From positions 3,936,001 through 4,000,000 of the forward strand of contig OY730476.1 in assembly GCA_963422735.1 (NCBI GenBank): a DNA stretch of 64,000 nt. Direction: 5' to 3'. Both the position numbers and the translations under genes were made by a program. The number at the start of each line of letters is the position of its first letter. Within the stretch, counting starts at the first letter, position 1. The notes beneath the pieces are model-generated. The model was not told where the DNA came from, did no database searches, and was given only the letters and a program-made list of their open reading frames with translations. Shown in pieces: positions 52,407 to 61,824 of this stretch. The stretch comes from Candidatus Latescibacterota bacterium. GTDB taxonomy: Bacteria; Latescibacterota; UBA2968; UBA8231.

Positions 52407-55238
52407 GTGATGACTAAGATACTGAAAGCAGGCATGCTGGCGGTGGTGCTGGGCGGTCCGTCGGTCGCGCAGCACTCGCCCGGCCTCGACTGGCACCAGA
52501 TCCAGACGGAGCGATTCAGAATTGTTTTTCCCGCGGCGATCACCGCCGACGCCCAGCGGGTGGCCAATACGCTGGAACACATCTACAGCCCGGTCTCCAA
52601 AACGCTGCAGGGGCCGCAAAAGCCGCTGGAGGTGGTGCTGGTCAACCAAGTGGTCCAGCCCAACGGTTTTGTTGCCTTGGGGCCGCGCCGCAGCGTGTGG
52701 TTCAGTACCCCGCCCCAGAACGCTGGGCTGCTCAGCGGCGAGTGGTACCAACTGCTGGCACTCCACGAGATGCGCCACGTGGTGCAGTTCGACCGCATGC
52801 GCCGGGGCCTTGTCCGCCTAGCGTGGGGGCTGTTAGGCGAACAGGGCCAACAACTCGCGAGTTATCTTTTGGTGCCGCCGTGGTTCTGGGAGGGGGATGC
52901 AGTGGGGGTCGAGACGGCACTGAGCCCAAGCGGGCGCGGGCGCATGCCTCGGTTCGGCTTGGACATCCGGGCCCTGCTTCTGGCGGGGCAGCGCTATTCC
53001 TACTATAAGGCCCACCATGGCTCGTACCGCGATTGGTACCCCAGCCACTACCCCCTTGGGTATTTTATGACGACCTATGTCAAGCGCCGCTACGGTCCAG
53101 AGTTGTGGGACCAAGTGATAGGCCGCACCGCCCGCTGGGGGTTCCACCCCTTCGCCTTCAGCCGTGCGCTTAGGAAACAGACCGGTGCCAGCACCGCCCA
53201 AACCTACGAGCGGACCATGGACGAGTTGGCCGGGCTGTGGCGGGCGCAGCAGCAAGACCTGCCCACGACGCCGTTGCGGATGCTCCCCGGGCAGCAGGGC
53301 CGGTCGGGCATCTGGACCAACTACGAATACCCGCAACCGCTGGCCGACGGCAGCGTGCTGGCGAGCAAGAGCGGCCTAGCCGATCCGGCGACCCTAGTGC
53401 GGCTGTACCCCGACGGCCGCGAGGAGCGCGTGCGCTTCTACCAATCCTTCGGCAGCCTCCGCCTAGCCGGCGGTAAAGTGGCTTGGAACCGCTCCACCCC
53501 GGACCGACGCTGGGGCTACCGCAACTATTCCGACGTGGTGGTGCTGGACGTCGACAGCGGCCGGATGCGCCAGATCACCCACAAGGCGAAGTTGTTCGCG
53601 CCCGCCCCTTCGCCCGATGGCGCGCGCATCGCCGCCGTTGAATTCGGACCGGACCGGCGCTGTCACTTGGTGCTGTTGGAGACTGCCAGCGGCGCGATGC
53701 AGGCCCGTTTTCCGGCCCCGGACGGGGTGTTGTGGCACACACCGGCGTGGTCGGCGGACGGACAACATATCGCCGTGGTGCGGCAGGACGAACGCGGCAA
53801 CGCGCTCGAGCGCATTGACGCTGCCGATGGTCAGGGGCAGATCGTGTTGGAGCACACCCACGCCGATATCGGCTGGCCGGTCTTTTGGGGTTCCTACCTG
53901 CTGTTTGACGCCCCCTATGCGGGCATTGACAATATCCACGCTGTCCACCTGCCAAGCGGTGCCCGCTATCAAGTTACCTCCCGGCCACTAGCAGCCATCC
54001 ACGCGGCAGTGGCCGGCGATTCGCTCCTGTTCCAAGAATACACCGTCAATGGCTACCGCATCGCGGCCATGCCCCTAGATCCGGCCACTTGGACGCCGGT
54101 TGAGCAGGCCGCGGACCGCCGGGTGCGCTACTACGAACCGCTGCTTGCCCAAGAGCAGGGCGGCAGCGTGTTGGCGGACATCCCGCAGATGACCTACCCG
54201 GTGCGCCGCTACCGGCCGCTGGGCCATCTGCTCAAGGTCCATAGCTGGTATTTCTGGCCCTTGCAGCCGCGCTACACTCTCGGTCTCCTGTCCAGCGATT
54301 TGCTCGATCTCAGCCGCATGAGTGGCGGGCTCGAATACAACAGCAACGAGCGCGCCTTCAGCGTCTTGGGCGATCTCAGCCTAGCGGCGTGGTATCCCGT
54401 TTTTAGCTTGGGCGGCCGTTGGGGCGAGCGGGGCGGAACCTACCAGCTCAAAGGGCAAGACGTCACTGACAAGTGGAGCGAAAAAAGCCTGCGCGTCGGC
54501 GTCGAAGTACCCTTGAATTTTTCTCGCGGCCCTTGGCAGTCTTCCGCCCATTTGGGATTGCGGGCCGAGTGGACCGATATCGCGGACAAGAACGACCCGA
54601 ACCAGCCCGGTTCAAACGGCGCGTTCAAAGAAAACCAGAACGGACGCTTTGCGCCGCTGACGTACCAGCTAGCTTTCGAGCGGTCGCGCCAGCCGGCAAA
54701 GCGCGATCTGAATCCGGCTTGGGGCCAGAGCCTGCAGTTGACCTATCACCACACTCCTCTTGCGGGCGACTACGACGGCACCTTGCTGTCGGGGCGGCTG
54801 GGTCTGTTCTTTCCCGGTCTGGCGGCCCACCACAGCTTGCAACTAGAAGGTACTTACGAGTGGCAAAATCCCGCCGCCGATGCCGGGGCCAATCCCTACC
54901 GCTTTGCAAGCGAACAGACCTTTGTCCGCGGCTACGACTATCGCTTCCACCGCCGCTTTTACCAGGGGGCGGCCAACTATGCCCTGCCGCTGTTCTACCC
55001 GGACTGGAACCTAGGGGCCCTGGTGTACCTCAAGCGCCTCAAGGCCAACGGCTTTTACGACTACGGTCGCGGCGAGGATGGCTCTCGGCACACCATCTAC
55101 CAAACGGCCGGAGCGGAGTTGACGGCCAATTTTCATCTCTTTTCACTGCCGATCGAATGGGATATGGGCCTGAGGTACGCCTACCGTTTTGACGACGGGG
55201 ATTCGCGCTTTGGCGTGGTGTTCAACATGGGGTTTTGA
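52407..55238 (+). CDS. Outer-membrane protein: HExxH peptidase + TolB-like propeller + Omp85-like barrel
   Basis: Signal peptide; 'LHEMRH...WFWEGDA'; 'PAPSPDG','PAWSADG'; 'VRGY'; C-terminal Phe. Confidence 0.75.
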   Translation: MMTKILKAGMLAVVLGGPSVAQHSPGLDWHQIQTERFRIVFPAAITADAQRVANTLEHIYSPVSKTLQGPQKPLEVVLVNQVVQPNGFVALGPRRSVWFSTPPQNAGLLSGEWYQLLALHEMRHVVQFDRMRRGLVRLAWGLLGEQGQQLASYLLVPPWFWEGDAVGVETALSPSGRGRMPRFGLDIRALLLAGQRYSYYKAHHGSYRDWYPSHYPLGYFMTTYVKRRYGPELWDQVIGRTARWGFHPFAFSRALRKQTGASTAQTYERTMDELAGLWRAQQQDLPTTPLRMLPGQQGRSGIWTNYEYPQPLADGSVLASKSGLADPATLVRLYPDGREERVRFYQSFGSLRLAGGKVAWNRSTPDRRWGYRNYSDVVVLDVDSGRMRQITHKAKLFAPAPSPDGARIAAVEFGPDRRCHLVLLETASGAMQARFPAPDGVLWHTPAWSADGQHIAVVRQDERGNALERIDAADGQGQIVLEHTHADIGWPVFWGSYLLFDAPYAGIDNIHAVHLPSGARYQVTSRPLAAIHAAVAGDSLLFQEYTVNGYRIAAMPLDPATWTPVEQAADRRVRYYEPLLAQEQGGSVLADIPQMTYPVRRYRPLGHLLKVHSWYFWPLQPRYTLGLLSSDLLDLSRMSGGLEYNSNERAFSVLGDLSLAAWYPVFSLGGRWGERGGTYQLKGQDVTDKWSEKSLRVGVEVPLNFSRGPWQSSAHLGLRAEWTDIADKNDPNQPGSNGAFKENQNGRFAPLTYQLAFERSRQPAKRDLNPAWGQSLQLTYHHTPLAGDYDGTLLSGRLGLFFPGLAAHHSLQLEGTYEWQNPAADAGANPYRFASEQTFVRGYDYRFHRRFYQGAANYALPLFYPDWNLGALVYLKRLKANGFYDYGRGEDGSRHTIYQTAGAELTANFHLFSLPIEWDMGLRYAYRFDDGDSRFGVVFNMGF

Positions 55239-55437
55239 GTCGGCCGCCCACGGCCCTGGGTGGCGGGGAACAGCACCTATCCTTCGGTTGCGCTTGGTGT
55301 GAGCGGCTTGGAGAGCGATTTTCTGCTGCTCGCCGTGTAAATCCCGGCCGACCGGCAAAAAATTCAGTAGCCTGAGTACGCGCTGCGCCGATATGAGGAC
55401 GTTGCAAATGGACCTTTGAGTCCACTACCAGACAACC

Positions 55438-56562
55438 ATGCCCTACGATATATCACAAGAAAAAAGAGACTGGTACCGGGAAATCTCTGCTCGATCTAGG
55501 CAGAGGAAAAAAGCAGCGATCCGCGGTGAGTTTCAACGCGACCCAAGCAGAATTAACAAGCCGGTTTTGGAGCCAAATAAACTAATGCCCCAACAGCGAC
55601 AACAGGGTTTGAGGGCGATGTCCCTGTTTTCAGGGGGTGGCGGCTTGGACCTCGGTTTTGAGCGGGCCGGCTTTGAGCATGTTGCCAGTTTTGATTCATT
55701 GGAGATTTGCGGTGCCACGCTGCAGCACAATCGTCCCCAATGGAAGGTGCTATCGGGTCTAGATGGTGATGTAACAAAGGTTAATTGGGCAGCCTATCAA
55801 GGCACCGTCGATCTCATCCACGGCGGACCTCCATGCCAGCCTTTCTCGGTTGCTGGAAGACAAAATGGAAGTAAAGATACTAGGGATATGTGGCCGGCGT
55901 TTATTGACGCCGTGATGGCTATCAAACCCAATGCGTTTGTAGCTGAAAACGTTCCGGGATTGCTCGACCCTAAATTCAGTGAGTACGTGAACAAGGCGAT
56001 TTTAGCACCTTTAAAACCAAGCTATCACATCGTCAAGTTCAAAGCAGTTGCCTCCGAGTTTGGCGTCCCCCAAGTGCGGAAGCGAGTCATTTTCGTCGGG
56101 TTTAGATCACCCAAAGTAGCCAATGAATTCGAGGTTCCGCAGGCAACGCACTTTCCCAACGATAGTCTGTTTTCATCGGGCAGATGTACGCTGGGTGCTA
56201 GGGCGGCTTTGGGCCTAGGCGACATTGGATTCGACTGCTTTGCACCAACGATCCGTTCTGGCTTTACTGGTCCGAGAAAGACGACTAGCATTCTAAATAG
56301 CAAGGCTAGTCAAAGGGTGTGGGAAAAACTACTGATTTGGCCGAACGGTGTGCAGCGGTCGAGAGAGGAAGCCGTGATGTTTCCCCCAGAAAACGGACAT
56401 TTCAGGCTTTCCGTCCAAGATTGTGCTCTTCTGCAAGGCTTTCCAGAAGATTGGCTCTTTGAGGGTGCTGTGTACCAGATCCTTGGGCAAATCGGCAATT
56501 CCGTTTGTCCGCCGGTGAGTTATGCTATCGCAAAATCTGCAGCGAGCGCATTGAGGGCCTAA
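55438..56562 (+). CDS. C5-cytosine DNA methyltransferase
   Basis: 'SLFSGGGG', 'GGPPCQPFS', 'ENV', 'PQVRKR', 'QIGNSV'. Confidence 0.95.
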   Translation: MPYDISQEKRDWYREISARSRQRKKAAIRGEFQRDPSRINKPVLEPNKLMPQQRQQGLRAMSLFSGGGGLDLGFERAGFEHVASFDSLEICGATLQHNRPQWKVLSGLDGDVTKVNWAAYQGTVDLIHGGPPCQPFSVAGRQNGSKDTRDMWPAFIDAVMAIKPNAFVAENVPGLLDPKFSEYVNKAILAPLKPSYHIVKFKAVASEFGVPQVRKRVIFVGFRSPKVANEFEVPQATHFPNDSLFSSGRCTLGARAALGLGDIGFDCFAPTIRSGFTGPRKTTSILNSKASQRVWEKLLIWPNGVQRSREEAVMFPPENGHFRLSVQDCALLQGFPEDWLFEGAVYQILGQIGNSVCPPVSYAIAKSAASALRA

Positions 56563-57312
56563 GTGGCTGTCCAAGACGATAGCCGAGAAAAGGAAATGTG
56601 CCAGTTACTGGGCTTGCGGGAGGGAGCAGGCCGTTCCGAAGTGGACGCATTTTTTGACTTTGAAGCGAATGGGAGAGTTTACTCTACCCCCATAGAACTC
56701 AAATCGACGACGACAGGCTCTGTTTCAACTGCAAGGGATGTAGGCCCTACCCACATAGCAAAGTGGAGAGCCCGAATATGGATTTTCGGTTTTTACGACT
56801 CCTCGGGGATCTCTCTACAGAAACTGCTCGTACTAGGGCCCAATGAGATGGAAAGCTGGATAGGGAAAATTGAGCAATATATTAAACCTGATTTTGCGAT
56901 AGGGGACCGCATTGCAGAGAAGCTCGACGTTGAAGACTTATACATCATATACAAAAGAAAGAGCAAGTACAGCTTAGAGGATGCCAAGTCTCTCCATAAG
57001 CGACAGTGGAACCAAAATAAGTATCTTTCAGAAATGGATGATGCTGATGGTTATACCCCCGAGAAAATGCTCGAAATTCTCAAATTGCGAGCCATTTATC
57101 TCAATCAACGCGGTTCAACGCTGAACAATCCACATATTCCGAAGTCGTTTTTTACAAACTTCAGAGACCAAATGATCGATGTGGTACATTTCAGTGCAGA
57201 TGCACGAGCCGCTATATACCATACACTACGCGGCACAACGATTGCCAACAAAACATTAATTCATTCTCACCACCTGTCAATTTCCACAAAGGAGCCTGTT
57301 CATGGCCTCTGA
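56563..57312 (+). CDS. Putative type II restriction endonuclease
   Basis: Abuts the MTase; 'EVDA...IELKS' PD-(D/E)xK-like; lower GC. Confidence 0.7.
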   Translation: MAVQDDSREKEMCQLLGLREGAGRSEVDAFFDFEANGRVYSTPIELKSTTTGSVSTARDVGPTHIAKWRARIWIFGFYDSSGISLQKLLVLGPNEMESWIGKIEQYIKPDFAIGDRIAEKLDVEDLYIIYKRKSKYSLEDAKSLHKRQWNQNKYLSEMDDADGYTPEKMLEILKLRAIYLNQRGSTLNNPHIPKSFFTNFRDQMIDVVHFSADARAAIYHTLRGTTIANKTLIHSHHLSISTKEPVHGL

Positions 57313-57946
57313 AATTTTCGACTTTCGCCGAGAGGAACACATCAAAAACCTCCTCGTCACCCCGCACATCCGCTCTCGTTTCCTGCGCATGCAGCCGGGC
57401 GCGGTGGCCGATCTGCACAGCCACGACCTCGGCCACGAGATTTTCCTCATCCTGCAGGGCCGCTGCATCTTCCACATCGCCGGCAGCGAACAGGAGCTGT
57501 GCGCGGGCCAGCTCTGCGTTGCTCTCGCCGACGAGGTCCATCAGGTGCGGGCCATCGGCGACGAGCCCATGGTCATGTACCTGTCGGTCACGCCCCACAT
57601 CCAGCCGACCCACACCGGCCGCGATCCCGACGGAACCCGCCACCCGACTCGCTTCCAGCCCGCTAGCTCGTACGATGTGAAGACGGATACCGACACACCC
57701 ATCGACGAACTCATCGACAACTTCACGGCTGCAGCTACCGACTTGGCCCGTGCCGCCAGCGACCAAGCGACCGCCCAAAAAGAACGGAGCGACCAACTCA
57801 AGGCGGCTCTCGCGGCCGGCGACCAAGCACAGGCCACCCAGTTACGCGAAGCCATGTGGCAAGGCGTGTATCAGACCTTCAAGCGGACCTACGCCCTAGC
57901 TGATGTGTGGAACGACTTGACGCCCCGCGTCGGAAAGGTGGGTTGA
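57302..57946 (+). CDS. Cupin-domain protein
   Basis: 'HSHDLGHEIFLILQG...VHQV'. Confidence 0.85.
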   Translation: MASEIFDFRREEHIKNLLVTPHIRSRFLRMQPGAVADLHSHDLGHEIFLILQGRCIFHIAGSEQELCAGQLCVALADEVHQVRAIGDEPMVMYLSVTPHIQPTHTGRDPDGTRHPTRFQPASSYDVKTDTDTPIDELIDNFTAAATDLARAASDQATAQKERSDQLKAALAAGDQAQATQLREAMWQGVYQTFKRTYALADVWNDLTPRVGKVG

Positions 57947-57947
57947 C

Positions 57948-59024
57948 GTGGCCCCTATCCGCATCGGCGTCGTCGGCTGCGGAGCCGTCGCCCAAGTCCA
58001 GCACCTGCCCAACCTCACCGCGCTCAAGGACCTGTTTTCCGTAGAAATGGTCTGCGACCTTTCGCCGAGTTTGGCGCGGACAGTGGCACAGGAGTTCTAC
58101 GTGCCGCACCACACCAACGACTGGCGCACGCTGCTCGCTGCCGATCTCGACGCCGTACTCTTGTGCCACACCGATCCCAAGACCGAGATCGCCGTCGCCG
58201 CCTTTGAGGCTGGTAAACACGTCTTTATCGAAAAGCCGATCTGCTTTTCGCTGCAAGAGGCCGACCGGATCATTGCCGCCCGGCAGGCGGCTGGCACCGT
58301 TGGCTTAGCCGGTTATATGAAGGGGTACGATCCGGCTTTTGAGGCTGCGGCCCGCGCCGCCGCTGATATGGCCGCGATCCGCTTCGTGCAGATCCACCAC
58401 CTGCACACCAACAACGCGCATCATCTAGCGCACTTTTGCCTGCACCGCACAGACGATATACCCGCTGATGCTGTCGAGCGGACGACCGCGGCGCGTGCGG
58501 CGGCCGTGCGCGAGGCCATCGGCGAGGTCTCCACCGACGTGCAGGTTGCCTTTGGCCACCTCGCCGGCAGCATGATACACGACCTCTACGGCCTGCGCGC
58601 TATCATGGGTATGCCCGAAAGGGTCGCCAGCACCGAAATCTGGTACGATGGCTGGGGCGTTAGCACCATGCTCTCATACTCAAACGGCGCTCGGTGTGCG
58701 GCAACTTGGGTCGAACTGAGGGATGTGCGCGATTTCAAGGAGACCCTCGAAGTTTGCGGTGACGACCGCCGCGTACTGCTATCCTATCCGACCGGCTTTT
58801 CGCGGGGGATCCTCTCCACCTTGGAGATTCAGACCCTCGACGAGGCCGGGGAGGCCATCGTCCACTGCCCGGCCATCGCGTGGGAAGGCCCCTTCGTCCG
58901 CGAGCTGAAGCACTTCCACGCCTGTATTACTGAGGGCGCGCAGCCGCGTACCCCCTTGGAAGAGGCCCGCTGCGACATCGCCCTGATCATCGATATCGTC
59001 AAAGCCTATATACAGAGTGGATAG
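57948..59024 (+). CDS. Gfo/Idh/MocA-family oxidoreductase
   Basis: 'GVVGCG', 'IEKP', 'MIHD'. Confidence 0.88.
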   Translation: MAPIRIGVVGCGAVAQVQHLPNLTALKDLFSVEMVCDLSPSLARTVAQEFYVPHHTNDWRTLLAADLDAVLLCHTDPKTEIAVAAFEAGKHVFIEKPICFSLQEADRIIAARQAAGTVGLAGYMKGYDPAFEAAARAAADMAAIRFVQIHHLHTNNAHHLAHFCLHRTDDIPADAVERTTAARAAAVREAIGEVSTDVQVAFGHLAGSMIHDLYGLRAIMGMPERVASTEIWYDGWGVSTMLSYSNGARCAATWVELRDVRDFKETLEVCGDDRRVLLSYPTGFSRGILSTLEIQTLDEAGEAIVHCPAIAWEGPFVRELKHFHACITEGAQPRTPLEEARCDIALIIDIVKAYIQSG

Positions 59025-59077
59025 TGGTTAGTTCCCTTCCGCTCTTCACCCTAGGGGCGGGCGGAGTACTATCCACT
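59016..59077. repeat. Inverted heptamer-repeat hairpin, copy 3
   Basis: AGTGGAT AGTGGTT ... CACCCTAGGGG ... ACTATCCACT. Confidence 0.65.
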
Positions 59078-59102
59078 ATAAACTGCTAGCTGAGGAGGGG
59101 AC

Positions 59103-60686
59103 ATGGACCGCAAGCGGGAGGCACCGCCCATCATCTTCACCGACGACGGCTGGATTTTCACGGCCGAGGAGAACGTCTCGGTTGCCGACCTCAAAGAGAA
59201 AGTCGTCAACGGCTATGCCGGAACCGGCGGCGCACTCTGGTGGAGCACGGGTGATCACGAGGTCTATCAGTACGAGACGGAGATTGGCGAGCGATTCGGA
59301 GACGAAAGCAGCGGCCTCGACGCGACAGCCCCTTCCTTCGTCCACTCCTCTACGCCCGGCGTGGAGGAGCGGCTCGCCGCGAGCCTACAGAACCTGATCG
59401 CCGAGTGCGGCGGGCCGTTAACCGCGCTTGCAGGGCTATGCCGGGAGGTGGCGACCCCCTTCTTCCCCCGCATCCGCATGAACAGCCACTACGTCATCGA
59501 CCCGTCCCATCCCGGCTACGGTCGCTTCCGCCGCCAAAAGCCCCACCTGCTCATTGGCCGCCCCGGCGAAGAGTTTCCCGAAAAGTCGGTTGAGTGGGGC
59601 ATCCGCGCCGGCCTCGACTACGCCCACGCCGAGGTGCGCGAACACATGCGGCGCATTGCTTGTGAGGTCTTTGAGCACTTTGACGTCGATGGCATCGAAC
59701 TCGACTTCATGCGCCATCCGGCCTTCTTCCGCATGGCAGAAGCCTTGGCCAACAGCTACCTGATGACCGATCTGGTGCAAAAGATCAAGGCGCGGATCGA
59801 CGAGGTCAGTGCCCAACGGGGCAAACCGTTGCAACTAGCCGTCCGCGTCCCTCCGACCTTGGCCGATTCCCGGCGCATCGGCCTCAACGTTGATGAATGG
59901 ATCGAGACAGGCCTCGTCGATATCGTCGTCGTCGGGGGTGGTTTTATCTCCTTTGAGACTCCGGTCGATGAATTTGTCCGCGCTGCGGCCTCTACCCCCT
60001 GCCTCGTCTATGGCTGCATTGAGGCCACCCGCCACAGCGACCGACGCTTCCTCCGCGCCTTGGCCTTGCGCTGGCTCACCGACGGGGCCGACGGCATTTA
60101 TCTGTACAACTTCTACACTATGTCCCCGGGGTGGAACCGCCAAACAGCCGCTGAATTCTCCGATCTCGAAACCCTGAAAAAACTCGACAAGTGCTATGAA
60201 GTCGGCGGCACCATGTCCTTCAGCCCCACCGAGGGCCACAGTGCCGCCTTCCGCTTGGCCCACCCTTCGACGCCGCTTCCCGTGCCCTTGCCCGCCGACA
60301 GCCCGGGCTTGGGGCCGACGCTTTGCATCCGCGTCGCCGATGATGTGGCCGACGCCACCGGCGGCTTGGCCCTGCGTTTGAATCGCTTGCTCCCGGAGGA
60401 CCGCCTCGAAATCGTCCTCAACGGCCGCGCCCTCCCTTGGGGCCAAGCCCAAGTCTGCGCTGAGGGCTGGTCGCGCCAGCAGGTAGCATTGCTGTTTTGG
60501 GCCAGCTATCCAACCCGCTTGGTTGAGCAACAAATGGAAGGGGTTAGCGTGGGATTTGCAGTCGATGGTTCTCTTTTGCGGCAGGGAACCAACAAAATCG
60601 CCGTGCGGCTAGTGGCCGGGCAGAAAGATCGCCGCGAGCAAGTGGTACTGACCGGCGTCGAATTGGCTATCTCTCACTCTCCTTAG
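59103..60686 (+). CDS. GHL10-like TIM-barrel putative glycoside hydrolase
   Basis: 'RMNSH', 'LDYAHAEVR', 'DVDGIELDFMR', 'GADGIYLYNF'. Confidence 0.65.
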   Translation: MDRKREAPPIIFTDDGWIFTAEENVSVADLKEKVVNGYAGTGGALWWSTGDHEVYQYETEIGERFGDESSGLDATAPSFVHSSTPGVEERLAASLQNLIAECGGPLTALAGLCREVATPFFPRIRMNSHYVIDPSHPGYGRFRRQKPHLLIGRPGEEFPEKSVEWGIRAGLDYAHAEVREHMRRIACEVFEHFDVDGIELDFMRHPAFFRMAEALANSYLMTDLVQKIKARIDEVSAQRGKPLQLAVRVPPTLADSRRIGLNVDEWIETGLVDIVVVGGGFISFETPVDEFVRAAASTPCLVYGCIEATRHSDRRFLRALALRWLTDGADGIYLYNFYTMSPGWNRQTAAEFSDLETLKKLDKCYEVGGTMSFSPTEGHSAAFRLAHPSTPLPVPLPADSPGLGPTLCIRVADDVADATGGLALRLNRLLPEDRLEIVLNGRALPWGQAQVCAEGWSRQQVALLFWASYPTRLVEQQMEGVSVGFAVDGSLLRQGTNKIAVRLVAGQKDRREQVVLTGVELAISHSP

Positions 60687-60728
60687 TTGGGATTCTTGGA
60701 AAGACACCGCATCCTCAGCTATAGACCG

Positions 60729-61808
60729 TTAAAATTCGGCAGCGAACTGGACCGTAATCGTGCTGGCTTGCTCGCCGTTGCCACCTTCCTTGCTTGCGTA
60801 GTCCTCGTCGTGCGCCCATTCGATGGCCGGCGTGAACCACTCTGTTAGTTCCACCGAAAGCCCGGCGAGCAACCGCCGCGTGGGTAGTTCGAGTGCAAGT
60901 GCTTTACCCGTACCCTGATAGCCGGCGACAACCGTTGCCTCCTTGCCCGCAAGGCTGACAGCGCAAGCTGCCTCAAGCAACCAACTCGACGATTGGGCAC
61001 CGCGGCCGGCGAATTCCACTTCGTGGCCTGCAAAGCGCTTCCGCGAAGCTAGGTATTCGCCAATCAGCGATGCGTCTTTGTAACCCAGCTCGGCGCTGGC
61101 TGTCCAACCCGGCATATTATTGCGGCCACGAGTATCGGCGATCGCCCCTTGCAGGCCGTCTGAAGCGCCGATGTCACTGATGTACGACAGGTTCAAGCCG
61201 AACTCGGACTCGCTGCGTTCCAGCGAATAGCCGATCGCAGCACCGTAACCGCCATTTTGGTCCTTGTTGCCGTAGAAGCCGAAGATGGACCCGTGCAATC
61301 CGCCGGACGATAACCCGAATTGCAAGACAAGCTCGTTTGTTTCGCCGAGTTCAAGCGTCAGCGGATCGGAGATCAAGTTGGTTGCAAACACGCCGAATGG
61401 CGTGTATTGTCGGCCTGCCGTGAGAGACCACAAGCCTTCCGGCGCTCCGACCGTCAACGTTGCGACATCGATCGCGCTACTTGTGCTGTCTTCCCCGTCG
61501 TCCAGCCCAATATTCACGGTCTCGTATAGCAAGCCGACCTCGCCGCCAATCCAGTCGTTCACCGCAGCCTCGACCCCAAGCACGGCTTCCGCCACGCCGG
61601 CACCTGCGATGTTGTCTCCCGCGTCCGGACGCCGGTACACCCCTTCCGCGTCGATCTGACCCCCAACTTCCCACTCGCCAAACCATGCATTCACTTTGGG
61701 CTGCTCGGCCGTCCAGCGCTTCGTTTTGTCGGCTGATTCTTGGCCCAGCGCAAGCCCGTGCCAAGCTAGCAAAGTCGCGCCAGCGATGATGCAGGCTCTT
61801 ACCTTCAT
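60729..61808 (-). CDS. LbtU-like outer-membrane porin
   Basis: Signal peptide; 'GRQYTPFGVFATNLISDPLTLELGETNE'; ends 'QFAAEF'. Confidence 0.75.
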   Translation of the reverse strand: MKVRACIIAGATLLAWHGLALGQESADKTKRWTAEQPKVNAWFGEWEVGGQIDAEGVYRRPDAGDNIAGAGVAEAVLGVEAAVNDWIGGEVGLLYETVNIGLDDGEDSTSSAIDVATLTVGAPEGLWSLTAGRQYTPFGVFATNLISDPLTLELGETNELVLQFGLSSGGLHGSIFGFYGNKDQNGGYGAAIGYSLERSESEFGLNLSYISDIGASDGLQGAIADTRGRNNMPGWTASAELGYKDASLIGEYLASRKRFAGHEVEFAGRGAQSSSWLLEAACAVSLAGKEATVVAGYQGTGKALALELPTRRLLAGLSVELTEWFTPAIEWAHDEDYASKEGGNGEQASTITVQFAAEF

Positions 61809-61824
61809 CTATCTGTTCCTAGTC

